Shown here: in pieces, positions 27,201 to 32,000 of the stretch | Position numbering within the stretch: the stretch's first letter is position 1 | Layout: every line of letters begins with the position of its first letter | DNA from: Candidatus Saccharimonadota bacterium | GTDB lineage: Bacteria; Pseudomonadota; Alphaproteobacteria; CAJXXZ01; 1604HC | DNA: 32,000 bases | Reading direction: 5' to 3' | Assembly: GCF_008189525.1 (NCBI RefSeq) | Contig: NZ_CP043314.1 | Span: forward strand, 150,001-182,000 | Position numbers and translations under genes: made by a program | The notes under the pieces: model-generated | Database searches by the model: none | What the model saw: only the letters and a program-made list of their open reading frames with translations | What the model was told of the DNA's origin: nothing

Positions 27201-27319
27201 AAAACATAGGTGTAGACCCAGATATTGATGTAGACAATACAATTGAGGACTTTGACAATGGAGTTGATAGACAACTAGAAAAAGCTATAGAACTGATAAT
27301 GAATAAGCTTAGTTCTTAA
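24272..27319 (+). CDS. Tricorn-type protease homolog: N-terminal beta-propellers, a PDZ-like region and an S41 C-terminal peptidase domain
   Basis: The protein is 1015 aa with no signal peptide. The N-terminus is YYRYPVGFGDTVYMVSHETLW. Propeller-type WSPDGKWFVFSS repeats are present. The S41-like C-terminus has GYVHIPNM, LIVDARNNSGGH, LICNENTGSDGDIF and GKRTWGG. Confidence 0.75.
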   Translation: MISQYYRYPVGFGDTVYMVSHETLWKWSEKTGLNRWILLKSDAKDLSISKDGQCIAFTGSEESESDVYTIDLKTHKIIRRTFYGNGTYVVGWDSSDNIIFATNHGMPFKRNVCLNKLNLETGKITKLKTGLSNWISWNSKGSAVVQRFGYGYSTWRDYQGGTAGQLWMDSRGEFEKIPFEKHNALRPTFVNDELFFLSDASGCGNVCKYDFNTKNWKTITKHEDFYVKDLSRYGNNLIYSKSGEIFLYDTEKKEERKLEIKSANYAFEKSNFVCEDNSKFLTSFDINNEGDNVSCCIRGQAFSIPLWNKGYLQKTTSIRHRVALWSDNEKFLSIKDDKEDAVLFMDGQEFHRFSGIGRISDCKISKNNIIAAQNNRNEIWLLDLNSRTEKKILDNSEQVFGFDWSPDGKWFVFSSGKYNEYSSLKIYDSETEKCTEITEGTFKDISPKFDSSGKYLYFLSFRTFKTEYDPFSFNLFFRKGFKPYAVCLEKDSLNPFEPWLADDEEGDSKNVSSDSKNKNEDCKDEDLDPKDIVVNIDFENINKRIFECPVKASDYVDIEVIEDKLLLLESNKKLKSFTPGSKKLELVSDGISSFEVSRNKKWLLVFKDEKLRLCNSGLKFEESDSYKNNGWISLDSIDVIVEPEKEWKQMFEEVLWLTKVHFWDKSNEIDWDGIRKKYSKILESVQSRNELNILFYDMIGELKTSHAYVLEPGDILCEKHNNTGYLGATFKWNGEHYEINEIIEGDSWGVHSPIHQFSKGDVLISVNGRKLNENVPPESIVFEGKKTSLEIKKKENDSIKMIHVNPLKDVNRLAYQKWISERVDIIKSKTDKIGYVHIPNMVSSGYNEFYKRYIFEHRKAGLIVDARNNSGGHLSSLIIDKLQRKPNSYTIPRYGAPEHYPSESPMGPMVLICNENTGSDGDIFTRVFKDLNLGTVIGKRTWGGVVGIMPRYFLIDGGLTSQPEFATKMINGGYDIENIGVDPDIDVDNTIEDFDNGVDRQLEKAIELIMNKLSS

Positions 27320-27608
27320 GTATTATTAAAATCAAATACAATTAAAATATTTTAATATATTTATAGGAAAGATTGGAGTTTATTTAGCTTTATCAGGAGA
27401 ATTACATAGAGAATTAAATTGATTTATGTAGGATTGTTTAAATAATATTGATTTTGTTTATTTTGTTTAGTTCATGCATATTATTATTTTATATATTTTA
27501 TTTTTACTGATGATTTTAAGAATTTTATATTACTATCATAAGTATTTTTAATTTTCAATTCTGGAACATAATAAAAAATGATATTAAAATTTACTCATAG
27601 GAGATTGA

Positions 27609-30600
27609 GTGTATTTTAGCAGGTGTTTTACTAAAAAAGGTCCTTACGAGGGAATAAAATTCGTTGAAAGGTCAAGTGAAATAAGGGATTTAAGCGGGAA
27701 GTTAATTAAATCTTTTGAGAAAATTATAGTTCCAGAAAACTGGTCTCAGACTGCAGTTGATATATTTGCTCAGAAATATTGCAGAAAAGCTGGAGTCGCA
27801 AAAATACTAAAACGTATTCCAGAAGAAGGAGTTCCAGAATGGCTATGGAAATCTGAACCTGATTTAGAAGCAATGTATGGTATTGAAGAAAAATTTGGTG
27901 CAGAAACTGATGCTAGAAATGTATTTAATAGAATTGTTGGTACTTGGACTTATTGGGGTTGGAAATACAAATATTTCAACTCAGAATCTGATGCTAAAAC
28001 TTTTTATGATGAATTATGTAATATGGTTGCTCTACAAAAAGCTGCTCCGAACTCTCCTCAGTGGTTTAATACAGGAATGCACTGGGGTTATGGAATAGAA
28101 GGTGGTGCACAAGGTCACTATTACGTAGATCCAAGCACTCTAGAAATTAAGAAATCTAAATCTGCATATGAAAGACCTCAGCCTCATGCTTGCTTTATTC
28201 AGTCCGTCAGTGATGACCTTGTTAATGAAGGTGGAATAATGGATCTATGGGTAAGAGAATCTAGAATATTCAAATATGGATCAGGAAGTGGTACTAATTT
28301 TTCCATATTAAGAGCTGCAAACGAATCTTTATCTTCTGGTGGTGTTTCTTCAGGAATGCTTAGTTTTCTTAAAGTAGGAGATTCTGTTGCAGGTGCTATA
28401 AAGTCTGGTGGAGCTAATAGAAGATCAGCAAAAATGGTTACAGTAGATGTAGAGCATCCAGATATAGAGAGTTACGTTAAGTGGAAAACTGAAGAAGAAG
28501 ATAAAGTTGTATTTTTGTCAGTAGGTTCAAAAATAATAAATGAAGCTATAAAAGAAATAAATCTATCTTGTGATAGCTTTGATTTTGATAAAATTAATTT
28601 AGATAACATTTCAGATGATGTAAGTATAAACTTAGATTCTTTGAATGATTTTTGTAAAACATATGATGGTAATAAAAATGATTTACATTTAAGTGATGCT
28701 AATTTGTCAGATGAAAATATAGAATCAGATGATGAAAAATCTAACCAAGAAAACAATATAAGAAAATTAAAATTCAATCCTAAGGTTAATAAAAGACTTG
28801 GAAAAGCTTTGCGTAAGGCTGAAAAGACAGGGGTTCCATTCGGATATTTGGATAGAATCTTGAAATTGCTAGAGCAGGGCGTGGAAAATGTATCTGCAAA
28901 AATTCTAACAACTGAATTCGAATCTGAAGCATACGCTTCTGTTTCTGGACAGAATTCTAACAACTCCGTAAGAGTTACAAATGACTTTATGAGAAAAGTA
29001 GAAAATGATGAAGATTTCGATCTAGTTTACAGAACAAGTAGAGGGATAGCTAAAACATGTAAAGCAAGATCTATTTGGTCTGAAATTTCTAAATCTGCAT
29101 GGTTATGTGCTGATCCAGGTTTGCAGTATGATACAACAATCAACGAATGGCATACATGTCCTCAGAGTGGAAGAATTAATGCTTCAAACCCTTGTTCAGA
29201 GTACATGTTTTTAGATGATACAGCTTGTAACTTGGCTTCTATAAACTTACTAAAATTTTATAAGCATAATGAAGGAAAATGGAGTTTTGAATCTGATGAA
29301 TTTTCTTATGCTGTAAGAATCTGGACATTGGTTTTGGAAATTTCTATTACTATGGCGCAATACCCTTCCAAAATCATAGCTGAGAAATCTTTTGATTTTA
29401 GAACCTTAGGTCTTGGTTATGCAAACTTAGGAGCATTAATGATGCAAAGTGGTATTCCTTACGATAGTGAAGAAGGAAGAGCTTTAGCAGCATATGTTAC
29501 TGCAATTATGCATGGTGAATCTTATAAAACTTCAGCAGAAATTGCTAAAGAACTTGGTGCATTTGCTAAATATGATAAAAACAAAGATTCTATGATGCGT
29601 GTTATTAAAAATCATAGAGCTGCACTTTATGGACATGGATATGAAGATATAGAAATAAATCCAATTTCACTAGACTGGGATAAATGTCCTATAAAAGAAA
29701 AGAAAAAAGTATTAGATCTATGGGATGAAGTTATTGATTTGGGAAATAAATATGGATTTAGAAACTCTCAGGTTACTCTTCTAGCTCCAACAGGTACAAT
29801 CGGTCTTTTGATGGATTGTGATACTTTAGGAATTGAGCCTGATTTTGCTTTGGTTAAGCATAAAAAATTATCTGGAGGTGGTTATTTCAAGATTATTAAC
29901 AATTCTATAAAACCAGCTTTGAAATCTTTGGATTATTCTGATTCTGATATTAATAAAATTATGAATTACATAATTGGATGTTCTAGTTTAGAAGATTCAC
30001 CTTATATAAACCATAAAACATTAACAGAAAAAGGATTTGACAAATCTGATATTGGTAAGTTGGAAAAAGCTTTGGCTAATTCTTTTAGTATTTCTCAGGC
30101 ATGTTCAAAGTGGACTATGGGAGATGATTTTTGTAAAAGATTAGGAATAGAAGGTAATAACATATTGGCTGAATTAGGCTTTTCTGATGAAGAAATGGGT
30201 GCTTGTAGTGAATATGCTTGTGGTACTTCTTCTATAGTAGGGTGTCCTTACATGAAAGAAAGTGATTTGGCAGTATTTGATTGTGCTACACATGGAGAGA
30301 GGTTTGTATCTTGGGAAGGTCATGTAAAAATGATTGCATCTGTACAACCTTTCTTGTCTGGAGCAGTTTCTAAGACTATAAACATGCCTAATAATGCGAA
30401 TATATCCGACTGTGCAGAAGCATATAGCTTAGCTTGGAAAATTGGTGTGAAGGCAATAGCTCTTTATAGAGATGGATCTAAATTAAGTCAGGCATTGAAC
30501 TTAACAGGATCATCTTCAACTTATTTGGATGATGAAGAATTAAGCAATGAAGAAGATACTTTGAAAAGTGTAACTAATGAAGAAAAAGACACAAAACTAG

Positions 30601-31289
30601 AGAGAGGTTACAAAGAAAAAATTCCATACAAGAGAAATGGATATACACAAAAAATCAATATATCTGGAGGATATTCTTTCTATCATACAACTGGTGAAAA
30701 TGAAAAAGGTGAGCTTAGAGAGATCTTTACTAGTGGAATGGGAACTGAAGGAGCTTCTTTCAGAAGTTTGATGAGCTGTTTTTCAAAAGCTATTTCTATA
30801 GGATTGCAATATGGTGTACCTTTGAAAGAATTTGTAAGTGCATTTAAATTTACTAAATTCGAGCCTTCTGGAATTATTAATGGTCACGATGAGATTAACT
30901 TTGCAGACTCTTTGATAGATTACATATTTAGAGATTTAGAAAGTAGATATGGAAAAAACAATGTATCAAAAGATTTTCAGCATAATGTTAGTTTAAAATC
31001 TAATGATGCAAGTGCATTTAAAGGAAATGGTAGTATAAATGTGAATAATAGCCAATCCAAACCTCAAAAGAGTAATAATCTAAATCAATCAGATATTAAA
31101 AATAAAAATGATTTAAGTGGAGATGAAAAAGGTAGTGGGTTTGATGCTAAACAGACTGTAAATAAAGCAGAACAAACAAAGCTTGGTTACACAGGGGATA
31201 TGTGTGCTCATTGCAAAGAATTTTCTATGCGTAGAGTAGGTACATGTTTACAATGTGACAAATGTGGATCAACAAGTGGATGTTCTTGA
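27609..31289 (+). CDS. nrdJ: Adenosylcobalamin-dependent (class II) ribonucleoside-diphosphate reductase with low-complexity inserts and a C-terminal Cys4 zinc module
   Basis: A GTG start follows AGGAGA. The active site is SNPCSEYMFLDDTACNLASINL. Other motifs are LAPTGTIG, SKTINMP and ALYRDGSK. The C-terminus is CAHCKEFSMRRVGTCLQCDKCG. The length of about 1200 aa is typical of alphaproteobacterial NrdJ. Confidence 0.93.
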   Translation: MYFSRCFTKKGPYEGIKFVERSSEIRDLSGKLIKSFEKIIVPENWSQTAVDIFAQKYCRKAGVAKILKRIPEEGVPEWLWKSEPDLEAMYGIEEKFGAETDARNVFNRIVGTWTYWGWKYKYFNSESDAKTFYDELCNMVALQKAAPNSPQWFNTGMHWGYGIEGGAQGHYYVDPSTLEIKKSKSAYERPQPHACFIQSVSDDLVNEGGIMDLWVRESRIFKYGSGSGTNFSILRAANESLSSGGVSSGMLSFLKVGDSVAGAIKSGGANRRSAKMVTVDVEHPDIESYVKWKTEEEDKVVFLSVGSKIINEAIKEINLSCDSFDFDKINLDNISDDVSINLDSLNDFCKTYDGNKNDLHLSDANLSDENIESDDEKSNQENNIRKLKFNPKVNKRLGKALRKAEKTGVPFGYLDRILKLLEQGVENVSAKILTTEFESEAYASVSGQNSNNSVRVTNDFMRKVENDEDFDLVYRTSRGIAKTCKARSIWSEISKSAWLCADPGLQYDTTINEWHTCPQSGRINASNPCSEYMFLDDTACNLASINLLKFYKHNEGKWSFESDEFSYAVRIWTLVLEISITMAQYPSKIIAEKSFDFRTLGLGYANLGALMMQSGIPYDSEEGRALAAYVTAIMHGESYKTSAEIAKELGAFAKYDKNKDSMMRVIKNHRAALYGHGYEDIEINPISLDWDKCPIKEKKKVLDLWDEVIDLGNKYGFRNSQVTLLAPTGTIGLLMDCDTLGIEPDFALVKHKKLSGGGYFKIINNSIKPALKSLDYSDSDINKIMNYIIGCSSLEDSPYINHKTLTEKGFDKSDIGKLEKALANSFSISQACSKWTMGDDFCKRLGIEGNNILAELGFSDEEMGACSEYACGTSSIVGCPYMKESDLAVFDCATHGERFVSWEGHVKMIASVQPFLSGAVSKTINMPNNANISDCAEAYSLAWKIGVKAIALYRDGSKLSQALNLTGSSSTYLDDEELSNEEDTLKSVTNEEKDTKLERGYKEKIPYKRNGYTQKINISGGYSFYHTTGENEKGELREIFTSGMGTEGASFRSLMSCFSKAISIGLQYGVPLKEFVSAFKFTKFEPSGIINGHDEINFADSLIDYIFRDLESRYGKNNVSKDFQHNVSLKSNDASAFKGNGSINVNNSQSKPQKSNNLNQSDIKNKNDLSGDEKGSGFDAKQTVNKAEQTKLGYTGDMCAHCKEFSMRRVGTCLQCDKCGSTSGCS

Positions 31290-31483
31290 GATAGTTCTTA
31301 TCTAGTTCTGTTGATCTGATATTTATAAAATATTGTTTTGTTAAAAGTTAATTATAAAAATAAATTGCTTATTATATAGCATTTCAAGTGGTTAAAATGT
31401 GAGTCAATATGTAAGTGAGTTTGTCTTCATATTAAAAATATCCACCAACATTACTATTCATAAGTATTAATCAGCATTTTTGA

Positions 31484-32000
<517 letters not shown>

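Noticed and set aside
27320-27608. Looked for a cobalamin riboswitch or tandem NrdR boxes upstream of nrdJ
   Set aside because: The region is almost pure AT. It has no B12-box-like GC-rich core and no ACACwAtATaTwGTGT-type palindromes.
12692-28963. Other embedded or antisense ORFs: 12692-13018, 13124-13459, 15050-15253, 16447-16722, 18236-18487, 18864-19103, 21016-21555, 22347-22712, 22839-23042, 23082-23279, 27877-28098 and 28472-28963
   Set aside because: Each is nested within or antisense to a longer ORF that has better start signals or recognisable motifs. None has independent support.
31438-31446. DnaA-box-like ATATCCACC upstream of obg; TTATCCGTA at about 10040 is another near match
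   Set aside because: These are single 7/9 matches with no cluster of boxes, no adjacent AT-rich unwinding repeats and no dnaA or hemE context. A match this weak is expected by chance.

Overview
This is a gene-dense, visibly AT-rich bacterial chromosome segment that uses the standard code, with TGA as a stop codon. The housekeeping genes look alphaproteobacterial: the S4 N-terminus, an addB-addA pair with a 4-nt overlap, tRNA-Leu immediately upstream of tig, and a long NrdJ. Several conserved proteins carry Asn/Ser/Asp/Lys-rich low-complexity insertions. I infer a reduced, host-associated alphaproteobacterium (Rickettsiales/Holosporales-like); this is not proven. The gene order is: hppA (5' partial), addB, addA, rpsD, rpmG, clpP, clpX, a 774-bp non-coding spacer, tig(-), tRNA-Leu(-), tRNA-fMet(+), a four-gene ORFan block, an M48/TPR protease(-), rpmE(-), tsaE, tRNA-Phe(-), a membrane/coiled-coil ORF, xerD-like, infA, a lone lipoprotein secretin, a tricorn-type protease, nrdJ and obg (3' partial). 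The ORFan block holds two signal-peptide Ser-rich proteins and two small ORFs on the opposite strand. The most interesting region is this tRNA-adjacent block at about 12.25-17.0 kb. One Sec-signal protein there ends in a Ras-like polybasic/Cys/CaaX tail (GGCQCCTIA-stop), a eukaryotic prenylation signal so far known in bacteria only from translocated effectors. A neighbouring ORF has weak SET-domain-like motifs. I saw no CRISPR array, IS element, integrase, rRNA gene or obvious prophage. All function calls rest on motif recognition by eye; no database search was possible.
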